Assembly: GCF_006345805.1 (NCBI RefSeq)
Contig: NC_043000.1
Span: 112,406,001 to 112,470,000 of the forward strand
DNA from: Octopus sinensis
Taxonomy: Eukaryota
Reading direction: 5' to 3'
Length of the DNA: 64,000 bases
A program made the position numbers and the translations under genes. The notes below the pieces were generated by a model. It was not told where the DNA came from, searched no databases, and saw only the letters and a list, made by a program, of their open reading frames with translations. Shown here in pieces: positions 39,341-51,488 of this stretch (the first letter of the stretch is position 1; the number at the start of each line of letters is the position of its first letter).

Positions 39341-39512
39341 CCCTATGTTTGTTACAATCACTTGCTGAAACACACCCAGCATCCTAGGGCAAGTGAAGGA
39401 TTATAGAATGACTGAAAGCTTGAAAAGGGGAAGTGACAGGGGCAGTCACAAAATATCTTCACGTACTACAACACAGACATTTAAATGGATAGGGTTTTTC
39501 TAAGGATTTGGG

Positions 39513-39554
<42 letters not shown>

Positions 39555-40155
39555 ATAATTGAAATATTTAAATGTATATCTATTCCATAATTTACATCTT
39601 TTGTGTGAAATCTACTTCTATTTGTCTATTTTCAATTTTTGAAGAGAAAATAATATTATTAATAATTGGTTTTTAAGAATCTGTTGGCCACTTAAATCTT
39701 TTCCCTGTCTACTACAATATTCTCATGCTCTGTTTCATTGACAATGACAGCACCACATTATCATGGGAGATTTATATTTTTGTTGTTCACCTCAGGGTAG
39801 GCTTAAGATAAGATTTTTAATGCTGCAATGATTCATAATGTGTAACTTTCTCCATGTCTCCTATCATTTCATCAAAAATATTAACGTGTGTAGGGAGTGC
39901 TGCTACTACTAACATTCATGCATGTGGTTGATGCCACACATCTTCTGGACATTACAACACATCTTTGTTAGCTTTGTAAGTTTTCCCTTTTTTTCCCTTC
40001 ATTTTTCAGAAAGCTGTTGTTACATTATGATAATTAGATGTCGTTGTTTAAATTTAAAAGTTGTCTGTGTTACATGTGTAACAGTTTTCTCTCTTGTTAT
40101 AGACAGGCCTGATAAATTATTTCTTCAGAGTTACATTTCTGATATGTTAGTTTTT

Positions 40156-40187
<32 letters not shown>

Positions 40188-40315
40188 TATATCACCGTGA
40201 CCGACCAAAGTATCAGATGTTGCTACACATCGCTGGTCACAATGCGCTTCGCATTGTTTTAGCCTTCAAATGACGTCACCCTGCTGGCTAAGCGAGCAGG
40301 CCAATATGTATATAT

Positions 40316-40910
40316 AGGCGCAGGCATGGCTGTGTGGTAAGAAGCTTGCTTCCCAGCCATGTGGTGCTGTGTTCCAGGGCTCTCGAGTCGGAGTCTGAAA
40401 CAATTAAGGGGTAGCTGGAGTTGGAGTCAGTATAGTTTTACCGACTCTGACTCCCAATATATTTATTCTTTGATATAAACCAGTTATAACATATAGGCCT
40501 ACTCAAAGTACAAGCATATGCATATGCTTTATGGGATATGCAGACCACAATCAATTACATAAAAAGGAGTACAGGAGTCAGTCAGAATCGAAGTTTTCTG
40601 TTTCGACTCAACAGCCCTCCTGGGTTCATTCACACTGTGTGCCACCTTGGGCTTGTGTCTTCTAAAATAACCTCGGACTGACCAAAGCCTTGTGAGTGGA
40701 TTTGGTATACGGAAACTGAAAGAAGCCCGTCGTATATATGTATATGTTTGTGTGTGTGTGTTTGTTCCCCCCAGCATTGCTTGACAACCAATGTTGGTGT
40801 GTTTACGTCCCCATAACTTAGTTGTTTGGCAAAAAGTGATGACAGAATAAGTATTAGACTTACAAAGAATAAGTCCTGGGGTTGATTTCTTCAATTAAAG
40901 GTGGTGTTCC
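40316..40910 (+). mobile_element. Family-B SINE split by a hAT MITE
   Basis: Head 40316-40374; body resumes at 40620. Confidence 0.85.
40375..40619. mobile_element. hAT MITE inserted into a family-B SINE
   Basis: Imperfect TIR CAGGGCTCTCGAGTCGG / TCGACTCAACAGCCCTC; 8-bp TSD ctgtgttc / ctgggttc. SINE sequence resumes on both sides. Confidence 0.8.
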
Positions 40911-40987
40911 ATATTACTATTATTATTTCTCATACACTCTCTGATCGGAATGTTGTACTATACCTACTAATAACTGATTCTTTTGTA

Positions 40988-41037
<50 letters not shown>

Positions 41038-41103
41038 TGTGTATATGTATATTCATATCTACATAAATTAGCCCTCTGAACTTTTTAGACCCTCTTCTGA
41101 ACT

Positions 41104-41221
41104 CTGATGAAGCCTAGAGGCACACCCAAGTTCCCTAATTTTATATACCAATCACTACAGTACACTGAAAAGATGGAAATAACATGTGAAGTACCGTGAC
41201 CTCTTGGCAGAAACAGCTGTA
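41104..41221 (+). ncRNA. Hammerhead-like motif with a long stem II insert
   Basis: CTGATGA a GCCTAGAGG [79 nt] CCTCTTGGC a GAA ACAGCTGT a: stem II 8/9 bp and a self-complementary stem III, but stem I does not pair. Confidence 0.45.
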
Positions 41222-41544
41222 CAAAACTGTTCTTTTTTTTCTAGTATAGAAATTACTGGTATATATGTATGTAAATACCACAATCTTTACATATGTATAT
41301 ATATATTCTCATAATTGTTTTAAATGAATAAATAGATAGACATAATATAATGTCTAACAGTTGATGCATACTACCACTGGATACCATCCATCTTCTTGCT
41401 GTATAAATTAAGGGTAAAAAAACTTTTTACCCTCACCCATTTATTACACTCGGTAATGTAATTGCAATGCAATGAAAAGAACACTTGTATATTAATAATT
41501 GGGTATTCTACCACCAGTATATTGGATAGATACTATCCCTTAGT

Positions 41545-41721
41545 TGCCACATAAAAGCACCCAGCACACTCTGCAAAGTGGTTGGTATTAGGAAGGGCAT
41601 CCAGTCGTAGAAACCATGCCAAATCAGACTGGAGTCTGGTGCAGCTCCTCAGTTGGCCAGCTCCTCAAACTGTCCAACCCATGCCAGCATGGACAACGGA
41701 CATTAAATGATGATGATGATT
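41545..41721 (+). mobile_element. Family-A-related copy
   Basis: gccacataaaagcaccc...aggaagggcatcc...cattaaatgatgatgatgat. Confidence 0.8.
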
Positions 41722-42744
41722 ACTTGGGTCAAGAGAACACACAAACTCTTTTGAGAGCAGGTATCAGGCATAGCTTTTGTGGTAAAAAGTTTACTTCCTG
41801 ATCACACAGTTTTGGGGGTCCAGTCCCATTTTGTGCACCTTAGGCATGTGTCTTCTACAAAAGCCCCATGTGATAGATGTGTCAATGTCATGCAAGCAGT
41901 GTCCTTTCTTTCCAGTCTTCAATAAAAAAAAAAACATGTCTTGGGGAGATGTTACCTTACTTGGAAATGGATGAGGGTTGGTGACAGGAAAGGCATCCGG
42001 TTGTAGAAAATGTGGTTCAACAAATCCTGTCCAACCCATGAAAGCATGAAAAAGCGGATGATGTTGTTGACCGAGAGGGTTAACAAAGCTACCAAGGGCT
42101 AATTGTTGCTGTGCACTTTGAAAGGATTAAGGGCAGTGACAGTATTTATAATGAGAAAAGATGAATTGTTTTTGTTACTATAACTTCAGGTTAGTATTGA
42201 TTTAGCAAACATGATTGAAAGCATTCCAGCCATGACCACCCCATCTGTGCATCTTAGATGACATTATCCATTGTGTTTGTTCTGTTTTTTTTTTTTAAAG
42301 ACAAAGGGTGTGATTTGAGGGATATTTGGTTGCTATTTCTAGCAGGCCACACAGATGTTTTCTTTGTTTAGTTACGAGGTACGGTATTGACTGCTGAAGG
42401 TTTTCTGATATTCACCTGAAAACCTGAGATGAACTTGCAGCAGCTTGCAAATTGGCAGCAACCCATCTCAATTGGTGCTGAACAACTATTTGCACAAGAA
42501 TGTAGCAGAAATGAAGAGGACAAATAAATAATACAAAAAAAGCATACACACACACAAAAAAAAAAAGAAACATTACCATTTCCAACTACATACAATTCTT
42601 GTCTGTCAAATGGATGGTCATGTGAAGAGAGGTCTGCTTATTCATCAGAAATATCAGTGCAATGAATAAAAGAAAAGAGGAACTAAAAGACTTGAAAATA
42701 AGGAATAGCCAACATGTGTTGTGTGTGTGTATGTATGGGGGGGA

Positions 42745-42920
42745 TGGTTGTGTGGTAACAAGCTTGCTTTCCAACCAAATGGTTTTGGGTTCAATCCCAC
42801 TGTAACATCTTGGGCAAGTGTTTTCTACTGTAGGTCTGAACCAACCAAAGCTTTGGGAATGGATTTGGGAAATGGAAACTGAAAGAAGCCTGTTCTCTGT
42901 GTGTGTGTGTGTGTGTGCAT
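42745..42920 (+). mobile_element. Family-B SINE 5' part
   Basis: Head through gaaactgaaagaagcctg(TG)n. Confidence 0.8.
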
Positions 42921-43376
42921 GTCCTTGTTTTGACATCACATGGTTGTTGTAAATGAATGTTATTCATTTCCAATATCTTGTGAAAGTGTGCCTGGCCTTG
43001 CTTGGAAAGTGGTGTTGGCCACTGGAAAATGGAAAAGTGGACACTAAAATGATGCATGTGCACACACACACACACATAGAGGCTTGTGTGCCGTATGGGT
43101 CGGATAGGACTTTGGAGGCAGTGATTTATGATCGTTCCGAAATTTGTCCGACCCTTTTAATCACTTTTGATTGATATGGTGAAGGAATTCTAAAAACCAC
43201 CACCACACACACACACTTATTACTGCCACATACTGGTTGGTGTAGATAAGACTGTTGACAAATTCTGTTTGTTGGTGAATTCGTTTCTCTGTCAATATTA
43301 CTTCCAATGAATTCTCTATATCCTTGTAGTTGCATTGCAATATAAACATGTTTCCAATCTTCTCCAATTCTGTTCA

Positions 43377-43408
<32 letters not shown>

Positions 43409-43594
43409 GTTAGATAGGATAGCTAGAATTTAATCAATAGAATATTTAGCGAATCCAATTTCTGTTTAATTTCTATTAGCCATCCCTTTGTCCATGTTCA
43501 CAATCAATAATAACTATAAGCTTTCTTGTTCCAAATTGTTGTCAAGGGACCTATTTAGATTTGATGTTTCCTTAGTATTGATACACACACATAT

Positions 43595-43972
43595 AAAATC
43601 AAAAATCAATGGAAATTGTAGTTGTGATACTAGTGGCACGTAAAAGAACCATCCGAATGTCGCCGTTGCCAGCCCCGTCTCGACTGGCCTCCGTGCCAGT
43701 GGCACATAAAAAGCACCAACCGATTGTGGCTGTTTCCAGCCTCGCCTGGCACCTGTGTTGATGGCACGTGAAAAGCACCCACTACACTCACGGAGTGGTT
43801 GGCGTTAGGAAGGGCATCCAGCTGTACGGAGTGGTTGGCGTTAGGAAGGGCATCCAGCTGTAGAAACACTGCCAGATCAGACTGGGCCTGGTGCAGCCTC
43901 CTGGCATCCCAGACCCTGGTCGAACCGTCTAACCCATGCTAGCATGGAAAACGGACGTTAAACGATGATGAT
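43595..43972 (+). mobile_element. Family-A copy with an internal 36-nt tandem duplication
   Basis: 43791-43826 is repeated exactly at 43827-43862. Confidence 0.9.
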
Positions 43973-44069
43973 ATAGATTTTTATATATATGTATACATAT
44001 ATATACATATGTATGTATTGAACACTAGAAAAAGGCTTATAGCAATTTGTGTCAGGGGGATCTGTAAAA

Positions 44070-44432
44070 TTTAGTGTAGTGTTGTATTGATGTGTATCTT
44101 TTGTCTTTTACTCGTTCAAGTCATGAGATTGCGGCCATGCTGGAGTACCACTCTTTTTTTCTTTTTCCAAGCCTTTTACTTATTCTATCAGTCTCTTTTG
44201 TCAAACCGCTTAGTTACAGGGATGTAAACCCACCAACACCAGTTGTCAAGAATGATCACGCATGCACACATACGCATGCAGGTTTTCTTTCAGTTTCCAT
44301 CTACCAAATCCATTGACAAGGCTTTGGTTGGCCCAAGGTTATTTTAGAAGACACTTGCCCAAGGTGCCACACAGTGGGACCGAACCCGGAACCGTGTGGT
44401 TGGGAAACAAACTTCTTACAAAACAGCCATGT
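44070..44432 (-). mobile_element. Family-B SINE
   Basis: Reverse full-length copy. Confidence 0.8.
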
Positions 44433-45059
44433 ATGTTTATATTAAACACCAAGTCATTATATGCATCCTCATTCATATACATCATTCAACAGCCATTTCT
44501 TTCCATTCAGTTCTTTATGGAATATATGAATTTTTAAAAAAAATTCATTTTTGGTGCCTTTTCTCTTTTTTTTTCTCTTTTCTTCCTTCCTTTCTCGCTT
44601 TGTCTAATAGAGATAATGGTTTCTCAACCAGACAGCAGCAGTTAAGTGCCTTGCTGATACAATGCCATGTCTACACCAGGATACTTGTTGGTACTAATAC
44701 TACTGCTATCATTATCATCATCATTGTTACTACCACCTGGTTGTAATAGTAGTTGTGAATTTAATAATAATAATAATAATAATAAAACAAACCATAAACA
44801 CAGCAGTAAATATTTCTGGGGTGGGATGTTTTATAGTAGATGCTTGTCAGAGGATGTGGAGGAGGTAGATACCAGCTGTTGATGAAAGGTAATAAAAAAA
44901 GGAAAAAAAAACAAGTCAGTCAAAATAGAATTATTATTCCGAACACTCTGTTACTGAAATAGTAGTAAATATTACTGCAAAGGAAACACCTAGAATGTTC
45001 CATCATTTTCTGATCTGCTCTTGGAGAAGAATACAGTCAGTTTTGATATAATGCTGGAC

Positions 45060-45460
45060 AAAATCTTTTATTTTTTACTCGTTTCGGTCTTTAGACTGTG
45101 GCCATGCTGGGGCACCGCTTTGAAGAAATTTCCGTTGAATGAATCGATCCTAGTACCTAATTTTAAAAAAAATTCAATCTGCTGCTTATTCTATCAGTCT
45201 CTTTTGCTGAACTGCTAAGTTATGGGGATGTAAACACACCAACACTGGTTGTCAAGTGGTGGTGGGAGGACAGACACAAAGACACACGCATGTGCGACGG
45301 GGTTTCTTTCAGTTGTTTTCGTGTCTACCAAACCCACTGACAAGGGTTTGGTCGGCCCAAGGCTGTAGCAGAAAACACATGCTCAAAGTTCCATACGGTG
45401 GGACTGAACTATGAACCATGTAGTTACGAAGCAAGCTTCTTACCACACAGCCAAACCTGT
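45060..45460 (-). mobile_element. Family-B SINE
   Basis: Reverse full-length copy. Confidence 0.8.
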
Positions 45461-45699
45461 GGCTTGTATTATTTATTCTAGCTGTTTGCTTTCTGGGTTC
45501 AAGTCTCATGAAGGTCAACTTTACTTCAAATTTTTTTGAGGTGGGGTGTTGATAAAGTACGGTTCAAGCATAGTTGTCTAATCCCTGCCCCCAACATTTT
45601 AGGCCTTGTGCCTCCATTAGAAAATTTTTTTTTTTTTTATTATTATTGAAGCATCATAATATTACATCAGATAAAATATCTTGTATTTAGTTAAGTTTA

Positions 45700-46050
45700 T
45701 CTTACACTTGTTTCAGTCATTGACTGGGGCCATGCTGGAGCACTGCCTTGATGGGGTTTTTTAGTCAAATAAATTGGTCTCAATATTTAATTAAGTCTGG
45801 TATTTATTCTGTGGGTCTCTTTTGTGGAATCACTAAGTAACGGGATGTAAACAAACACCAGTTGTCAAGCAGTGGTGGAGGGGTGAACATGCACACTCAC
45901 AGCAGGCTTCCTCACAGTTACCCTTTACTAAATCTACTCATAAGGCATTGGTTGACCTGAAGCTTTACTTAAAGACACCTTAGGTACTGCACAGTGGGAC
46001 TGGATCTGAAACCATGAGCTTGCAAAGTGAGCTTCTTAACCACATTGACT
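45700..46050 (-). mobile_element. Family-B SINE (older)
   Basis: Reverse degenerate copy. Confidence 0.75.
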
Positions 46051-46062
46051 ATATATATATAT

Positions 46063-46398
46063 CATCATCATTTAATGTCCATTGTCCATTCTGACATGGG
46101 TCGGACAGTTTGACCAGGACTGGTAAGCTGGAAGGCTGCACTAGACTCCAGTTCGATTTGGAATGGTCTTCTATGGCTGGATGCCCTTTCTACCGCCAAC
46201 CACTCTGACAGTGTAATGGGTGCTTTTGCATGCCACCAGCACAGGTACCATTTGTGTGACACCAGTATCTGCCACGACTGTGGTTTTGCTCAGCTTGATG
46301 GGTCTTCTTCTCAAGCATGACCTAATGCCAAAGGTCTTGGTCATCGCCTGTGTGAGGTCCAATGCTCAAAAGGAACTCAGCCACTTTACTTCTGTGGG
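46063..46398 (-). mobile_element. Family-A subfamily copy, sister of 21290
   Basis: Shares cttgatgggtc...gccaaaggtct...ggaactcagccacttt. Confidence 0.8.
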
Positions 46399-46899
46399 GT
46401 AAAACAGCTGCTATGACTTTTTCCAGGCCCTTTAAGACAGATAGGACAAACAGAAGATGCTATCCTCCTGCAGAAGACCTGGTATGAATGTTTAATATGG
46501 GGTGGGCTCTGTAAAGTCACCCAAGGATCAGCTAGTTGAATGCAATATATTGTTTACCCAGATATTTATTGTTTGTGAGCTTTCTTCTTAATTTATTACT
46601 TGCACTCTTATCCTACTGTCTTAATAAAGGAAGTATGCATATGATTTGAAGGAGATTTGGCTGCTATTTCTAGCCGGTCAAGGAACCATGTAACCTGGCC
46701 ATCCGCAATAAACCATGTAAATGCTGATATTGAAAAGATGCAGAGTTTTATTTGGTTTCTGTATTTTGTTTGTAAGATTCTTGATGTGAACTTATGTGGT
46801 TGAAATAGATTTTGTTGTATCTCAGCAGGGTCATTATGCCAATAATAAACCCACACACTGGTTCTGTTTCACTTCTTTTAATATTAATCAATTTAAGGC

Positions 46900-47085
46900 A
46901 TCGAGGTGGAAGAATCATTATCACATCGAGCAAAATGCTTAGTGGCATTTTGTCTGTTTTTATATTCTGAGTTCAAATTCCGTGAAGGTCGGCTTTGCCT
47001 TTTGTCCTTCCTGGGTCAATAAAATGAGTACCAGTTTAACCATGGGGTTAATGCTTATCCCTCCTCCCTGGTGACAAAATTTGAA
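46900..47085 (+). mobile_element. Family-C SINE
   Basis: Head variant plus conserved body. Confidence 0.75.
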
Positions 47086-48093
47086 ATCAATGTTATTAAT
47101 CAATTTATTATTTAACCAGTTATCTAATTGATTGTTTGAATAATTATTTGGTTGACCACACAATCTGCTCACTTTGTCAAAGTCCTTTTGTTGCCATTTT
47201 TGACCTTATCAGTGACATACCCTCTCTACTCCAGCTCTGTTTTAGATCTGTCTCTCTCTCCTCATAGCAACAGAAAAACTTTGACAATCCTAGCTAACTA
47301 AATTGACTCACTGAATTATTCAATTGATGAGCTAAGTGTTTCATTGATTAATCAATAACTAATAAAGATAATTAAGGAAGTGAAATGGAACCAATGTAAG
47401 TATTTACTAATGGCATAATGATCCCACCAAGATACAAAGTTATAATACTTCATGCAATTTCCATTGTTAGAGACTGACCATACATGGTTAAAATAAAATG
47501 ATGATATAAAGTTAAATAGATTGTTGTATTGTTAAGACAGTAATGTTAAACAGATTCCCCCCTTACTTTCATCTATTGTATCTCTTCTGAAGTTGTATCC
47601 TCATTATAATTGTATGCCAGCTTCATCTTTTAATGCCTGATATTCTTTTAACTTCATAACATACATTATCAATATGAAGAAAAAATTATTGGCCAAAAAT
47701 CTAAAAAGCAGGAGTGAAAAATGTTGCAACAGGTGCCAAATATTATAGTTGTTTCTATGCAGTAATGGTGATGAAACAGAAAGAGAAACCTTTGAGCTGG
47801 TCAAAGCTTTCAGCCTTTTATCCTCCCACGATTGCAAAATATTTGAAGCATCAAGAATTATTAAGAACAGACAGTATTGGGTTAGATTGTGGAGTGTTTC
47901 TGATTAGGGGCCTTCTGTATTTTTTCAAACCACTCACTTCTACTCACCCCCATACCTTGTGGAAGCACCTGGACACCTTATCACTTCTTTGCCACTCCTA
48001 CTGAGTGCTTTCACCTTCGCTTCTAAATGTGAGTAACCAAGTAGCGCCTCTGCAACAACAACCTGCTGCCTTCCACTCATACTTTAACCCTCA

Positions 48094-48464
48094 TCTCTCT
48101 CTATATAAACGGCAGTTTGTCTGTCTGCGTGTCTGTGTGTCTGTTAGGTTGTACCCTCACCCTGACCACGGCTTTCAACCGATTCTGATGAAACTTGACA
48201 CACACATAGCCCAATGCCATAATTCAAAACTAACGCAGCGAAAATTTTGAAAAGTTCCTCCAGTTCTGAAAAAATCGATAAATTCGAAATGGGGTCGAGA
48301 ATCAGAAACACAAACCACAGACTGTCTCGACATTTTTAACTCTCAAAAAAAAATTTACCATAATTTCCCCCCCATTTTTTTGCTATTTTTTGGCTATAAC
48401 TCTCTAAAAATGCTTTATAGTTATTTCCCTTACAAACCCGAGCAACGCCGGGCGATACTGCTAG
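48094..48464 (+). mobile_element. Non-autonomous Helitron-like element
   Basis: A|TC 5' end, subterminal hairpin CCCG-agcaacgc-CGGG (48437-48452), CTAG|T 3' end, no TSD. CpGs are retained, so it is probably young. Confidence 0.8.
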
Positions 48465-49377
48465 TCTCTTAATAAACTCCTCCACCTCACTTTGGGTGTG
48501 TGTCTTGCAAGCTGCATGGCAACCTCACTGTTGCAGGTGACATGAAAAAAAAAGCTACCTGTACATTCTGTAAAATGGTTGATGTTACAAAGGGCATCCA
48601 GCTGCAGAAATCATGCTGAAGCAGGAACTAGTGCACAATGCAATCATTTGATGGATCAGAATCGGTCAGACCGGTCTCCCTATGCCAGCATGGAACATGG
48701 ATATTAAATGACAGTAATGATTTCATAATCAATCAACACAAATACCTTTTCATTGAATTCTGATGTAAGTGGTCGCGTATTCCAATTATATTCATAACCT
48801 TAATATAATCTTCACATTGAATTTGTATGGCACTGTGCAAGACAAGGTAACCCTTTGAATTTCTGTAAAACAGTCCAATTACTATACAGTTTCTGTTGAT
48901 TAAGGAAGGTGACGCTTGCCCGAAATATTGTGTAGTAAGATTGAACCAGGAAGCTAGTAGTTGCAAAGTGACTTAAGCATATTGCTTGGATGCCTCTCCT
49001 AATTGAGTTAATTCATGTTAGGTTCCATGCCATGTGACACACAGTCACCAGTTCTCTTCACTTCACTTCTCTTTCTCCACTTGTCTTTATTGCAGTAATT
49101 GATATTATTAATCTCTACTTGACTGACCTCTTTTACTCAAGCACCTCTGCCCCACCTCATCCTCTGCCCCAACACATTTCAGATTATGATCTGCACACTC
49201 TTCTTCCTTGATGAAAGATTGTAAAACAGGTATAAATGTATGTGTGTGTGTGCACCTGCCTTCCCACTTATGTTAGCTAATGTGCTTTTCTGTGATATAA
49301 CCCAACACTTCACATTTCTCTTCAGTCACATCCTTTGTTCCCTGGAATCTTCCAGGATCTGATTCTTCCTTCTAGAT

Positions 49378-49662
49378 CGGCGGTTCTCCACCAGGGTCCA
49401 CATGGCCCTTGTGACTATAAATTGTTTATATTCTACAGCACAGAAAATATTTTAATTTTTTTAATACAATTTATACAAGTTGACCCTTATACTTAGGCGC
49501 AGGAGTGGCTGTGTGGTAAGTAGCTTGTTTACCAACCACACGGTTCCGGGTTCAGTCCCATTGCATGGCACCTCGGGCAAGTGTCTTCTACTATAGCCTC
49601 GGGCCGACCAAAGCCTTGTGAGTGGATTTGGTAGACGGAAACTGAAAGAAGCTCGTCGTATG

Positions 49663-49696
<34 letters not shown>

Positions 49697-50054
49697 CGTG
49701 TGTGTGTTTGTCCCCTAGAATTGCTTGACAACTGATGCTGGTGTGTTCATGTCCCCGTTACTTAGCGGTTTGGCAAAAGAGACGGATAGAATAAGTACTG
49801 GGCTTACAAAAGAATAAGTCCAGGGGTCGAGTTGCTCGATTAAAGGCGGTGCTCCAGCATGGCCGCAGTCCTATGACTGAAACAAGTAAAAGAGTAAAAG
49901 AGAAAAAGAGTAATTCCAAATAATGTTACCGTCGGATTATTTAAAAATATACTGTTGGATTTTTTAAAAATATACATCAAAAAGCTGTGGAGGTCCTCTT
50001 GAGTAAAATAAGAACAAGAGGAGTCCATGGGCAAAAAATGGTTGAGAACCTTTG
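49378..50054. mobile_element. hAT MITE interrupted by a family-B SINE
   Basis: Ends CGGCGGTTCTCCACC...GGTTGAGAACCTTTG; TCTA-containing flanks (ttctagat / ctctaatt). Confidence 0.55.
49496..49911 (+). mobile_element. Family-B tRNA-derived SINE, young full-length copy
   Basis: A box TGGCTGTGTGG, B box GGTTCAGTCCC, CORE-like cctcgggcaagtgtc, internal (TA)n(TG)n, tail gtaaaagagtaaaagag. Confidence 0.85.
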
Positions 50055-50209
50055 CTCTAATTATTCTTTGCTACAAATATTTGTTGTTGACTCAGCTACG
50101 TCTTAACTCATTTCTTCTCAACAAACTAGTACCCTTTATCAGTTTTAGCTCAAGAGCTGTGGCCATGTTGGGGCACTGCTGTTAAAAGAATTGCAACTTT
50201 AAAAAAAAC

Positions 50210-50364
50210 TCAGTGGCTGTGTGGTAAGAAGCTTGTTTCCCAAACACACAATTCCGGGTTCAGTCCCACTGCTTGGTACCTTGGGCAAGTGTCTTCTATT
50301 CTAGCCTCAGGCTGACCAAAGCCTTGTGAGTGGATTTGGTACATGGAAACTGAAAGAAGCCTGT

Positions 50365-50453
<89 letters not shown>

Positions 50454-50655
50454 TACACATATGTATGTATTGTGTGTCTGAGTTTGTCCACCCACCATTG
50501 TTTGACAACCAATGTTGGTGTGTTTACATCTCCGTAACTTAGCAGTTCAGCAAAAGAGTCCGAAAGAATAAGTCCTGGGGTCGATTTGTTGTTCAATTAA
50601 AGGCGGTGCTCCAGCATAGCCACAGTCAAATGACTGAAATAAGAGTGAAAGAGTA
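50210..50655 (+). mobile_element. Family-B SINE with expanded internal (TA)n(CA)n
   Basis: Head, body and tail present. Confidence 0.85.
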
Positions 50656-51049
50656 GTATTTTTTTTTTGTTTTTGTCACTTGAACGATTGTATGCAGTGA
50701 GAAAAACTGTGAAGCAATGGTATAAAAGTACTCAATTGTATAGATAATTGCTATGCTAATTTATGCGAGATAAACGTGGATTATGTAGCTGAGCCACGGT
50801 GTTGATTGGCCTGTTGTTAGGCTGTAACATACGTCTGTTGATTGACAACAAAAGGACACACTCATTTAATTAAATCATTGTTGTAAATTTCCTTCCCTTT
50901 TGTATTTATGTTAATCTAAATAAGCAGATTACGTATTCAAATTTTTAAATAATTAAAAATCAATAGAGATGAAATATTTTCTTTTTAATTTTAATTGTTT
51001 TGGTCATTAGAGTTTTTTTTTTTTTTTAAGTTGAAGCAGTTGACCCTTG

Positions 51050-51280
51050 CACTTAATTTTCAAGTCTGGTATTTATTTGATCAATCTCTTTTGCTGTGTC
51101 CCCTATGTTACAGGGGATGTAAACGAACCAATACTCTTTGTCAAGCAGTGGTAGGGGACAAACACAAACACACATCACAGGCTTCAACACAGTTTCTGTT
51201 TATCAAATTCATTCCCAAAGCATTGGTAGAAGACATTTGCCCAAGGTGCAGTGTAACGGGACCAAAACCAAAAGCATGGT
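51050..51280 (-). mobile_element. Family-B SINE, partial and degenerate
   Basis: Reverse body fragments. Confidence 0.7.
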
Positions 51281-51335
51281 TAACAGTAAATTAGTTTAAA
51301 TTAGTTCTCCTTAACTCTTTTAAATACTGTGGCTG

Positions 51336-51488
51336 ATACCAGTACCACCTGACTGACACCCGTGCCTGTGGCTCATAAAAAGCATCATTTGAGTGTGGCC
51401 AGTGCTGGTGGCACATAAAGCACCATTCCAGCATGGTTGATGCCAGTTCCACCTGGCTGGCTCCTGTGCAGGTGGCACATAAAAAGCA
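51336..51488 (+). mobile_element. Family-A 5' modules only, cut by a hAT MITE
   Basis: Three gtggcacataaaaagcac-like modules. Confidence 0.75.

Noticed and set aside
42360-42720. Unique segment with short ORFs on both strands
   Set aside because: No recognisable protein similarity or paired splice sites.
46427-46481. Possible exon (ttccag ... gtatga)
   Set aside because: Weak pyrimidine tract, stop in the phase-0 frame, no CAMSAP similarity.
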